Origin: Gammaproteobacteria bacterium
GTDB lineage: Bacteria; Pseudomonadota; Gammaproteobacteria; UBA4575
Direction: 5' to 3'
DNA length: 48,936 nucleotides
NCBI GenBank assembly: GCA_050633765.1
Contig: JBOEHC010000073.1
Coordinates: forward strand, 1-48,936
Shown here one piece after another: positions 9,772 to 19,454 of this stretch (position 1 is the stretch's first letter; the number at the start of each line of letters is the position of its first letter). The notes under the pieces were generated by a model. That model had not been told where the DNA came from, ran no database searches, and saw only the letters and a program-made list of their open reading frames with translations. The position numbers and the translations under genes were made by a program.

Positions 9772-11001
9772 CTAACCAGCTTTTTCAGGAAGTATATTTA
9801 AATTCATTATATATTGTGGCGATACGCCAACTTTCTCTGCAGCCATGTTGCGTATAGCTACCATGTCATAGCCAGGAAACTGCTGAGTAAGTATGTTTAT
9901 AGCTTCTTGGCATTGTTCAGGCAAACTTAAATTAGCTCCTGCTCTATTGCTGGCACCCGATGCCAGTTTCATAATAATGGTATTACTTCCCGGTTCCTGT
10001 TTTTCATGCGTACGTTCTTTAAGTACTTTATGTACAGTTACACCTGAATCTTTTGAACTTTTTGGAGAATTTCTTCGTTCTTGTATTAGAGTATCATCGA
10101 TGCTGTCCGAAAAGCCTGTGCTGACCATAATCGCAGAGCGATTAGGGTCATCAAATAATTCATCATTATGATCCTCTTCCGAAGAATTTTCCTGATTACT
10201 TGAAAATTTATCGGCAATTAATTTTTTTCTTCTTTTAAGAGGAATCTTTGTTTTAACTTTTGAAAATACATTGCCTGCTTTTTTCTTAAGATTGTCATTA
10301 GATTTTTTCTTTGCGGTATTTTTATCAGCCAGTGTAGTTAGTTTTCTTTGTTTGTCTTGTTCTATTTCTTCTGCCCAAGTATCTACCTTCATCTTCGTCT
10401 TAGCAGCAGCTTTATCTGTTGTAGCACTCGGAGATGATTGTTTTGATTTTTGTGCCGTTTCTTTTTTTATTGGCTTGCTTTTAATTTTAGACTGAATTTG
10501 CGAATCTTCTTTAAGCATTTCACCTTTTTTAATAAGTGAAGTAAGAATTTTTTCCCGCGTATCATTGTAGGCCTCGTTTGGAGAAGCTTGACTTGCCGAT
10601 GCAGTGTTTTGTGTTATAGCTACTGCTGGTAGTGTTCCATATAACTCTACTTTGGCTTGCCATATATGATTAAACATGTGCATTGCCATAATTGCAGCAG
10701 CAGGTGCATTGTTATTAATAATGGCTTCTCGAGAACTCTTTTCAAATAATAAAGCTGAAAGCAAATGTTTGCGCCTGCCTGAAGTTTTAGACTGCTTTAG
10801 TTCATCTTTAATGGCAGTAGCATCAATATAATCAGTAATAATTGGCAATTCAGCTTTAATCCACTCCTGTGCATTATCTAGAGTGGCAAAGCAATCTCGT
10901 TGAAAATCATTTTTAAAACGTTGAAACTTTTCAACTCGCCTGCTCGTTTCTATCGACTCTAGCGAGGCGCTTAACAAATCATGATTATTGTTGCTGCTCA
11001 T
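9772..11001 (-). CDS. hypothetical protein; helical N-domain, long K/S-rich linker, C-terminal HTH-like domain
   Basis: 409 aa ORF; N- and C-terminal similarity to the adjacent 11014..11598 protein. Confidence 0.75.
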   Translation of the reverse strand: MSSNNNHDLLSASLESIETSRRVEKFQRFKNDFQRDCFATLDNAQEWIKAELPIITDYIDATAIKDELKQSKTSGRRKHLLSALLFEKSSREAIINNNAPAAAIMAMHMFNHIWQAKVELYGTLPAVAITQNTASASQASPNEAYNDTREKILTSLIKKGEMLKEDSQIQSKIKSKPIKKETAQKSKQSSPSATTDKAAAKTKMKVDTWAEEIEQDKQRKLTTLADKNTAKKKSNDNLKKKAGNVFSKVKTKIPLKRRKKLIADKFSSNQENSSEEDHNDELFDDPNRSAIMVSTGFSDSIDDTLIQERRNSPKSSKDSGVTVHKVLKERTHEKQEPGSNTIIMKLASGASNRAGANLSLPEQCQEAINILTQQFPGYDMVAIRNMAAEKVGVSPQYIMNLNILPEKAG

Positions 11002-11013
11002 TTAATTTATTTG

Positions 11014-11598
11014 TTACTTTGGTGTAATGTCGAGATCGTCTAGTTTCTGTTTAGGTACGTTCAAGCGCGTTGCAGCTAAAAGTCGTAAAGCGTTAACGTT
11101 ACAGTGTGGATACTTATCTTTTAAATTGTTTATAGTTTCTTGATATAATTGTTGATCGCCACCGCTACCAGTTTGTTTTGCAGCAGAGCTTGTAGATACT
11201 TTATTAGCAGTCTTGGCATTAGATGCCTGTTGGGAATCTTCTTTTCTAAATATTGAGCTATACCAGACATTTTCTAATAATTTCATACTAGCCAGCGCAG
11301 CAGTCCCTGCATCTCGATTCTCTAATGAGTTATTTAAGGAATCTAGTTCAACCACCATTCGTAATGCACAACCTTCATCACTCTCAATACCATATTTATT
11401 GGTTAATGGTTTTGCTTCATGTGCAAGAGTTGGTAATTTGGCTTTTTCAAGTACCGTGTGCGACCAAGTCTGAATATTTTCGGTAAACTTTTTTAAATCT
11501 TTTTCGTAAGGCTGTGAAATACTTTCATCAAAACTAAGTTCATTAGCATTAATCTCTGGCAAATACTCGCGTATTCTCATTTCGATATGTTGTTGCAT
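11014..11598 (-). CDS. hypothetical protein, short paralog of 9772..11001
   Basis: 194 aa ORF, 12 bp from the next gene on the same strand; shared motifs; start could be Met7. Confidence 0.75.
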   Translation of the reverse strand: MQQHIEMRIREYLPEINANELSFDESISQPYEKDLKKFTENIQTWSHTVLEKAKLPTLAHEAKPLTNKYGIESDEGCALRMVVELDSLNNSLENRDAGTAALASMKLLENVWYSSIFRKEDSQQASNAKTANKVSTSSAAKQTGSGGDQQLYQETINNLKDKYPHCNVNALRLLAATRLNVPKQKLDDLDITPK

Positions 11599-11989
11599 AG
11601 TGCGTAATTGTCTGATTGTTGAAAATATTTATAGTTATTGTGCAACGTTAAGCCTATTTCACTAAGTGAAATATATGCTTGAAAGATAAAAATATTCTTT
11701 AAATTAAATTCGTTACGTTAGTTTGACTTTATTTTCAGTTATGTGAAATAGCGTAAAAACGACTCTAGATACATGGCGCAGATATGCCGATATATGGGCG
11801 CTAAGAGGGCTTATTATCATGACCAGCTGCGCGATAATAAGAGGCATTAGAGATGAACCACTAACTTGGCAGAGGGTCAAAGTAGTAATTACAGATCAGC
11901 TACACAAAAGTTGTTTGACGAAAAGATGAATTGCAAGGGTTAGATGTTTAAGGCAATTCAGGATGTATTATTTGTTAAAGGAGGTAATG

Positions 11990-12667
11990 ATGAAAATTTT
12001 ACAAAAAGTAAACATTGCAGGATTTATTATTATATTAATTACGCTAAGCGCATGTACTACGGTTAATCCTTATACTGGCGAGAAACAAACAAGCAAAGTA
12101 GTAATAGGATCAGCAGCTGGTGCGGCTACAGGTGCTGTGGTGGGTCTCATTACTGGAGATGATAGTCGTGAACGACGCAAACATGCATTGATCGGCGCAG
12201 GGGTGGGCGCTTTAGCGGGCGGTGCAGTAGGTTATTATATGGATGTGCAGGAGGCAAAGCTAAGGCAAAAGCTTGCAGGTACAGGTGTGAGTGTAACTCG
12301 TGACGGTGACAACATTATTTTAAATATGCCTGGAAATGTAACGTTTGCTACCAATAGTGCAGACATTAATGGTGATTTTTTTGCAGTATTGGACTCAGTC
12401 ACTATTGTAGTGGATGAGTTTGATAAAACATTGGTTGAGGTAATGGGGCATACTGATAGCACGGGCGGGAATGAATATAATCAAGAATTATCTGAGAAAC
12501 GTGCAAATTCTGTATCAAAATACTTTCAGAGTAGAGATATTCAGCCGCTACGTTTAGCAACATATGGATATGGTGAAGATTATCCCATTGCAAGTAATGA
12601 TGATTCTGTGGGCCGTACTCTAAATCGCAGAGTTGAGATTGCTTTGGTGCCGTTGACTAAAAGTTAA
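11990..12667 (+). CDS. OmpA-family lipoprotein with glycine zipper (YiaD-like)
   Basis: Lipobox LSA-C, Gly-zipper, GHTDSTG, NQELSEKRANSV, NRRVEI; AAGGAGG RBS before ATG 11987/11990. Confidence 0.92.
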   Translation: MKILQKVNIAGFIIILITLSACTTVNPYTGEKQTSKVVIGSAAGAATGAVVGLITGDDSRERRKHALIGAGVGALAGGAVGYYMDVQEAKLRQKLAGTGVSVTRDGDNIILNMPGNVTFATNSADINGDFFAVLDSVTIVVDEFDKTLVEVMGHTDSTGGNEYNQELSEKRANSVSKYFQSRDIQPLRLATYGYGEDYPIASNDDSVGRTLNRRVEIALVPLTKS

Positions 12668-12692
12668 TTTAAAACAATAAATAAAGTTTAAT

Positions 12693-12716
12693 GGCCTCGC
12701 ATCGCGAGGCCTTTTT
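12693..12716 (+). terminator. intrinsic terminator
   Basis: GGCCTCGC-ATC-GCGAGGCC followed by TTTTT. Confidence 0.85.
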
Positions 12717-12765
12717 ATTTTGTGTATCATCATTTATATGAGCTAAGGAGAATTTTTTATAGTAA

Positions 12766-13410
<645 letters not shown>

Positions 13411-13518
13411 AGAATGGGGTTAGAAGGCTAGAAGCTAGTCAACAAATTCGCTACACTCACTCGGCTAAGACCCCATATATTAGTTAATTAGATTATTTGA
13501 TTTTTAGGAGCATTTCCG

Positions 13519-14124
13519 ATGGCCCGTGTGACGGTAGAAGATTGTCTTGAACATGTAGAAAACCGCTTTAAGTTAGTGCTGTTAGCCAGTAAGCGTGCTC
13601 GTCAGCTATCTATGGGTACAGAGCCATTAGTAGAATGGGAAAATGATAAGCCAACAGTTGTCGCCTTGCGTGAGATTGAGGAAGGGCTTGTAGACGAAGA
13701 GATGATGGAAGCGGCCTTAGCGCAACCATTAGAAGAAGAGCTGCCATTTGATGAAGATGATCTTGCCGCAGCGTTGCATGCAGAAATCAGTCGTGAACTA
13801 AGCCAACCGGCACCTGAAGGTCAAACAGCTAGTCAAGAAGAAGGGCAAGCTGCAAATCCATTTACTGCATCACCTTCTACTATTCCAGAAGCCCAAGTTG
13901 CTCCTCAGGTAGAACCCGCTTCACCATTTGGTGTATCGGCAGCACCAGAGAACAAGGAAGAAGAAGCTCCATCAATGGAATCTTTGCTGGCAAAAGAGCT
14001 TGCTGCTAGCACAGGTGAAGATACATCTACAACTCAAGATAAACCATCAAGCGATGATGCGACGCCTGATTTTGGAATACCAAGCTTCACATCCAACACA
14101 GATCCAAAACCAGATGGGGATTAA
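13519..14124 (+). CDS. rpoZ: RNA polymerase omega subunit with long acidic C-terminal extension
   Basis: [40 protein letters not shown]; AGGAG RBS. Confidence 0.95.
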   Translation: MARVTVEDCLEHVENRFKLVLLASKRARQLSMGTEPLVEWENDKPTVVALREIEEGLVDEEMMEAALAQPLEEELPFDEDDLAAALHAEISRELSQPAPEGQTASQEEGQAANPFTASPSTIPEAQVAPQVEPASPFGVSAAPENKEEEAPSMESLLAKELAASTGEDTSTTQDKPSSDDATPDFGIPSFTSNTDPKPDGD

Positions 14125-14173
14125 GATCTATAGCTAGATCTTTTTATTGCACGATGATGTGTGGCCATAAAAC

Positions 14174-16378
14174 ATGAAAATGGTCGCGGGGTCTTCTACT
14201 GAACGAGTAAAAGATTCGAATGATGAGTCGGCTATCACTAACTCTCCAGATCAACCACACCGATTTTTAATTAGTGATTTATGTGCTCTATTAGAGGGCT
14301 ATTTGGGTCCTGAGCAAGTAAGAAATATCTACAATGCTTATCTTTTCAGTGCTAAAGCACACGAAGGTCAAACTCGTCTAACAGGCGAACCCTATATTTA
14401 TCACCCTATTTCAGTTGCAAAAGTGTTAGCAGAAATGCACATGGATGCGCAAACCATCCAAGCGGCAATTTTGCATGATGTAATTGAAGATACGGAAACT
14501 GCAAAAGAACAAATTAAACATGAGTTTGGTGATGAGGTTGCTGAGCTTGTAGATGGTGTCAGCAAACTAACCCATCTTGAGTTTGAGTCAAAGCTAGAAG
14601 CACAAGCAGAGAACTTTCGCAAAATGATGTTGGCCATGGTGAAAGATGTCCGCGTCATCATCATTAAGCTTGCAGATCGTTTGCATAATATGCGAACACT
14701 AGATGTGATGAGGCTGGAAAAGCAAAAACGCATCGCGCGCGAAACGTTAGATATTTATGCACCCATTGCTTTGCGATTAGGTATGCATGGATTGCGTGTA
14801 GAGTTAGAAGAACTTTGTTTTAAAATTTTATGGCCTAAAAGATATGAGGTTCTAAAGGATGTTATTCGTCGTGCCAACATCAACCGCGATACATTGTTAC
14901 AAGAAGTAGAAAAAAACATTAGCGAAAAACTAGGCCAAGCTGAAATTGTTAGTAGAATTCACGGTAGAGAAAAAAACATATACAGCATTTATCGCAAGAT
15001 GAAAGATAAAAACTTACAGTTTTCAGAAGTATATGATGTATTTGCTTTTCGAATAGTTGTAGCAAGTGTAGATACTTGTTACCGCGTCATTGGCGTGATT
15101 CATAATTTATATAAACCAGTGCCTGGTAAATTTAAAGATTATATTGCGATACCTAAGAAAAACGCATATCAGTCATTACATACAATTTTATTTGGCCCTA
15201 GAGGCATGCCCATTGAGGTGCAAGTGCGCTCGGAAGAAATGGATCAAGTTGCCCAGTCTGGAATTGCAGCGCATTGGATGTATAAAGATGCGAGTCACGA
15301 TTATGCGGCTCCTCAAACACGCACACGCGAATGGCTGAATACAGTATCCGAGATGCAAAATCGTTCTGGCAGTTCATTGGAGTTTTTAGAGAGTGTAAAA
15401 GTAGATCTTTATCGAGATGAAATCTATGTGTTTACTCCACGTGGCGACATAATGGAGCTGCCAATAAATTCAAGCACTATTGATTTTGCCTATGCAGTGC
15501 ATACTGATATTGGAAATCAATGTGTAGCGGCAAAAATTAACCGCCGATTAGAACCATTAAGTACCGTGTTAGAAAATGGCCAAACCGTTGAGATTATTAC
15601 TTCTCCCAGTGGTAGGCCAAACCCCGCATGGTTAAATTTTATTGTTACCGCTAAAGCGCGATCTAATATTAGAAGTTTCTTGAAAAACCTACAAAGTAAT
15701 GAGGCACTTCAGCTTGGTAAACGGCTATTGAATAAGGCCTTAAGAGCTTACGATAAATCTTGGCAAGATATCGCCCGCCGAGAACAAGAAAACCTGCTTA
15801 AAGATTTACAATTGGAATCTGAGGAACAACTATTTCGTGAAATAGGTTTAGGTAATCGCATGGCACCTTTTGTTGCCAAACATATTGAGTCATTGCGCGG
15901 CAGCTGGATTAAGTTGCGGCGTAGAAGCGAAAGCAAACATCCACTTGCTATACGTGGTACAGAAGGTATGGTTGTTAGTTTTGGCAAATGCTGTCATCCA
16001 ATTCCTGGCGATGCCATTATTGGCATTATGACTGCAGGAAAAGGTTTAGTGGTGCACCACATAAAATGTGAAAATACTAAACGTAAAACAACCAGTCGAG
16101 ATAAATGGATCCATGTGTATTGGGCGGATGACATCGCAAATGAATTCACTGCAGAAATTTCAATACGTACCGCTAATGAACCAGGTGTATTAGCCGTAGT
16201 AGCTGCGAATATTTCCGATGCAGGTTCTAATATTGAAAATATAGTTTTCGATGAGAAGCTTGGTTCAACTACAATGATTACAGTATTTCTAACCGTGAAA
16301 GATCGTGTTCACTTGGCGCGAATTATGCGAACGATACGAAATATTCCACAAATTTCCAAAGTTAAGCGCCTGCAATAG
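14174..16378 (+). CDS. spoT: bifunctional (p)ppGpp synthetase/hydrolase SpoT
   Basis: HD domain (LHDVIED), KLADRLHNMRTL, YQSLHT, TGS (VFTPRG..DFAYAVHT), CC and ACT domains; start uncertain. Confidence 0.96.
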   Translation: MKMVAGSSTERVKDSNDESAITNSPDQPHRFLISDLCALLEGYLGPEQVRNIYNAYLFSAKAHEGQTRLTGEPYIYHPISVAKVLAEMHMDAQTIQAAILHDVIEDTETAKEQIKHEFGDEVAELVDGVSKLTHLEFESKLEAQAENFRKMMLAMVKDVRVIIIKLADRLHNMRTLDVMRLEKQKRIARETLDIYAPIALRLGMHGLRVELEELCFKILWPKRYEVLKDVIRRANINRDTLLQEVEKNISEKLGQAEIVSRIHGREKNIYSIYRKMKDKNLQFSEVYDVFAFRIVVASVDTCYRVIGVIHNLYKPVPGKFKDYIAIPKKNAYQSLHTILFGPRGMPIEVQVRSEEMDQVAQSGIAAHWMYKDASHDYAAPQTRTREWLNTVSEMQNRSGSSLEFLESVKVDLYRDEIYVFTPRGDIMELPINSSTIDFAYAVHTDIGNQCVAAKINRRLEPLSTVLENGQTVEIITSPSGRPNPAWLNFIVTAKARSNIRSFLKNLQSNEALQLGKRLLNKALRAYDKSWQDIARREQENLLKDLQLESEEQLFREIGLGNRMAPFVAKHIESLRGSWIKLRRRSESKHPLAIRGTEGMVVSFGKCCHPIPGDAIIGIMTAGKGLVVHHIKCENTKRKTTSRDKWIHVYWADDIANEFTAEISIRTANEPGVLAVVAANISDAGSNIENIVFDEKLGSTTMITVFLTVKDRVHLARIMRTIRNIPQISKVKRLQ

Positions 16379-16416
16379 TAAATCAGAGTTTTATTTTAAA
16401 TAAAAAGGAGAAATGA

Positions 16417-16800
16417 ATGGCTCGCGAAATTATAGCCACCGATCAAGCACCTCAAGCAATTGGCACCTACTCACAAGCAGTTAAAGTAAATTCTACAGTG
16501 TATTTGTCTGGACAAATTCCATTAGTGCCAGCAACTATGGAAATTGTGGAGGGAGATATGCGCACACAAATCACTCAGGTGTTTGATAACTTGCAAGCAG
16601 TTGCAAATGCAGCAGGTGGCTCGCTAGATAAACTTGTTAAGTTAAATATATTTCTTACTGATTTGAGTCATTTTCCTTTAGTAAATGAAATCATGGCAGA
16701 GTACTTTTCTGAACCCTATCCAGCTAGAGCTGCGGTGGGTGTTGCATCATTGCCTAAGGGTGTTTCGGTAGAAATGGATGCGGTAATGGAACTGAGTTAA
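16417..16800 (+). CDS. ridA: RidA/YjgF family enamine deaminase
   Basis: [37 protein letters not shown]. Confidence 0.92.
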   Translation: MAREIIATDQAPQAIGTYSQAVKVNSTVYLSGQIPLVPATMEIVEGDMRTQITQVFDNLQAVANAAGGSLDKLVKLNIFLTDLSHFPLVNEIMAEYFSEPYPARAAVGVASLPKGVSVEMDAVMELS

Positions 16801-16855
16801 CCAGTTTTGATCAACGTCTTTAAATTTCTGTATCAAAAATAAAACTAGCTAACAG

Positions 16856-18940
16856 TTGAGTAAAAATACCTTTCCTTCAGTGGAAGCGCTCAAAGGTGTG
16901 GGGCCAAAAGTTGCAGAGCGCTTGCAACGTTTGCAGATCTACACTGTGCAAGATTTGCTTTTTCACCTGCCTATTCGTTATCAAGATCGTACACGCATAA
17001 GACCAGTAGGCGCTTTACGTATCGGTGAAGAGTGCGTGGTGATTGGTACGGTTGAACATAGCGAAGTGGTGTTTCGTAAGCGACGCATGCTATTAGTGAG
17101 TGTGGAGGATGGCACCGGACGTGTGCAGTTGCGGTTTTTTTATTTCAATAAATCGCAGCGCGAAAATCTTAAAAATGGTGCAAAGATCAGATGTTTTGGC
17201 GAAATTAGGCGAAGTCTGAAGGGTCCAGAAATGGTGCATCCCGAATATGAAATCTTACATCATGACGAACCTACAAAAGTAGAAGATCATTTAACACCTA
17301 TTTACCCTACCACTGAAGGTTTGCATCAACTAAGTCTGCGACGCTTAACCGCGCAAGCATTGCAATGGTCAAGCGAACATGACGAGCCTACTTTAGATCT
17401 ATTGCCAAGCCCGCCAAGAATCGATGGTCAAAATATCAGTATTCTCGAGGCATTAAAATTTGTACATCGCCCACCGCCAGAAGCTGATACAGAATCACTT
17501 ACTGCGGGCAAGCACCCTATGCAGCGCCGGTTAGCATTTGAAGAATTACTAGCACAGCAATTAAGTCTTTCGAAATTAAGATTGCAAATGCAAAAGCAAG
17601 ACGCGGTAGCGATTCAATCTAAGGGTAAGCTGTATAATGGTCTACTTAAGGCGCTTGAGTTTGAGCTTACCGGAGCGCAAAAGAAGGTCATTAAAACCGT
17701 ATTCAAAGATTTAGCGCATGATTATCCTATGTTACGTTTAGTGCAAGGAGATGTAGGTAGCGGTAAAACATTAGTGGCTATTGCGGGATGTCTGCAAGTG
17801 ATCGAAGCCGGTTATCAAGCGGTCATGATGGCGCCTACTGAAATTTTGGCAGAACAACATTTACGCAATTTTTCAACATGGCTAGAGCCATTAGGAGTAC
17901 GCTTAGCTTGGCTTTCAGGAAAACTTACCGCAAGTAAAGCCAATGAAATGAAAGAATTGATTGCTTCTGGTACGGCTAATGCCATTGTTGGAACGCATGC
18001 ATTATTTCAACAAGGTGTGGAATTTAAAAATTTAGCCTTGGTGGTGATTGATGAGCAACACCGCTTTGGTGTGCATCAACGGTTAGCCTTGCGTGAAAAA
18101 GGCATACAAGACGGCAAGCACCCTCATCAATTAATTATGACGGCCACACCAATACCTAGAACCCTCGCAATGACTGCCTATGCAGATTTAGATTATTCAG
18201 TGATTGATGAATTACCTCCAGGTAGAAAGCCAATTAGTACAATTGCCATACCTATGGAAAGACGCCATGAAGTAGTAGAGCGTGTCGCAAATGCTTGTCG
18301 CAATGGGCAGCAAGCCTATTGGGTTTGCACTTTAGTAGAAGAATCTGAAGCCTTGCAATGTCAAGCAGCAGAAGATGTATATCGTGTATTAAGCCAAATG
18401 TTGCGCGGTGTAAAAGTTGGTTTAGTGCATGGGCGTATGAAGGGCAAAGAAAAAGATGCCGTAATGCAAGACTTCACCGCTAAGAAAATTGATTTATTAG
18501 TGGCCACAACAGTAATCGAAGTGGGCGTAGACGTGCCCAATGCAAGCTTAATGATTATCGAAAATGCAGAACGTTTAGGATTGGCACAATTGCATCAATT
18601 ACGTGGCCGGGTAGGCCGTGGCACCGAAGAGAGTAGTTGTGTATTAGTGTTTGATCCACCGCTCACCGAAAATGCGAAAACCCGTATCGACACCATGCGC
18701 AATACAAATGATGGGTTTAAAATTGCACAAGTAGATTTAGAAATCCGTGGACCAGGCGAAGTGTTAGGAACTCGTCAAACAGGTATGCTTGAATTACGTA
18801 TTGCAAATATCATGCGTGATCAAGACTTAATTCCGTTAGTGCAAGAAACCGCTAAACAGTTATTGAATGACTATCCAAAAAATGTTGATGCTGTAATTCA
18901 GCGGTGGCTGGGCAGCTCAACAGAATATGGGCAGGTTTAA
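16856..18940 (+). CDS. recG: ATP-dependent DNA helicase RecG
   Basis: QGDVGSGKT, DEQHRFGV, MTATPIPRTL, QLHQLRGRVGRG; TTG start. Confidence 0.97.
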   Translation: MSKNTFPSVEALKGVGPKVAERLQRLQIYTVQDLLFHLPIRYQDRTRIRPVGALRIGEECVVIGTVEHSEVVFRKRRMLLVSVEDGTGRVQLRFFYFNKSQRENLKNGAKIRCFGEIRRSLKGPEMVHPEYEILHHDEPTKVEDHLTPIYPTTEGLHQLSLRRLTAQALQWSSEHDEPTLDLLPSPPRIDGQNISILEALKFVHRPPPEADTESLTAGKHPMQRRLAFEELLAQQLSLSKLRLQMQKQDAVAIQSKGKLYNGLLKALEFELTGAQKKVIKTVFKDLAHDYPMLRLVQGDVGSGKTLVAIAGCLQVIEAGYQAVMMAPTEILAEQHLRNFSTWLEPLGVRLAWLSGKLTASKANEMKELIASGTANAIVGTHALFQQGVEFKNLALVVIDEQHRFGVHQRLALREKGIQDGKHPHQLIMTATPIPRTLAMTAYADLDYSVIDELPPGRKPISTIAIPMERRHEVVERVANACRNGQQAYWVCTLVEESEALQCQAAEDVYRVLSQMLRGVKVGLVHGRMKGKEKDAVMQDFTAKKIDLLVATTVIEVGVDVPNASLMIIENAERLGLAQLHQLRGRVGRGTEESSCVLVFDPPLTENAKTRIDTMRNTNDGFKIAQVDLEIRGPGEVLGTRQTGMLELRIANIMRDQDLIPLVQETAKQLLNDYPKNVDAVIQRWLGSSTEYGQV

Positions 18941-19012
18941 TTAGGTTAAATGAGCGATACAATAAGTTAATTGCTTTCTTAATGATTTGTAGAAGCACAA
19001 AAGGAGAACTAA

Positions 19013-19261
19013 ATGAAATATCTAATTGCTTTTTTACTTACCACTTCATTAGTCACTGCTTCTGATGATATTTACTGTTACAAAAACACGAAAACATGTC
19101 CAAGTGGTTCTTTGATCATTGCATATGATTTTAAAGTAATAGGATTGTACTGTGACTTTGATAAACAAATGGTCACATTGCCGAATGATGGACGAACTGG
19201 CGGCGGGGTGATGTGTATAAAAAGACACTCTCCAAGAGTAAGAAAATATTTTAAAGAATAA
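19013..19261 (+). CDS. small secreted protein with four cysteines, unknown function
   Basis: AAGGAG RBS, hydrophobic signal peptide, 4 Cys. Confidence 0.7.
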   Translation: MKYLIAFLLTTSLVTASDDIYCYKNTKTCPSGSLIIAYDFKVIGLYCDFDKQMVTLPNDGRTGGGVMCIKRHSPRVRKYFKE

Positions 19262-19263
19262 AC

Positions 19264-19337
19264 AATGATCGCTATTGGCCGGCTGAAAAATTGCTCCTGC
19301 ATTTTCTGCACTTCCGCCATCCATGGTAGCCATCCTT
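19264..19337. repeat. imperfect palindrome with a nested REP-like insert
   Basis: AATGATCGCTA (19264-19274) pairs with TAGCCATCCTT (19327-19337) at 9/11; the interior contains AATTGCTCCTGCATTTTCTGCACTTCCGCCATCCATGG. Confidence 0.55.
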
Positions 19338-19454
19338 GATACTTTCCGTCCTATTTCTACAGATTTTCTATTCAGAAAATCCAGATCAGGCCGTTTATAG
19401 AGTATTAAATTGAATTCAGCAAAGTATTTGCTGATATAAAAAATTGAAAAACTC

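Noticed and set aside
11767-11793. Sigma28-like GCCGATAT element
   Set aside because: No TAAA at the proper 15-bp spacing and no flagellar context
18945-19337. Integron cassette interpretation (GTTAAAT upstream of the orphan gene)
   Set aside because: No RYYYAAC inverse core after the stop, no attC-like L/R boxes and no intI; the only tyrosine recombinase is syntenic XerC
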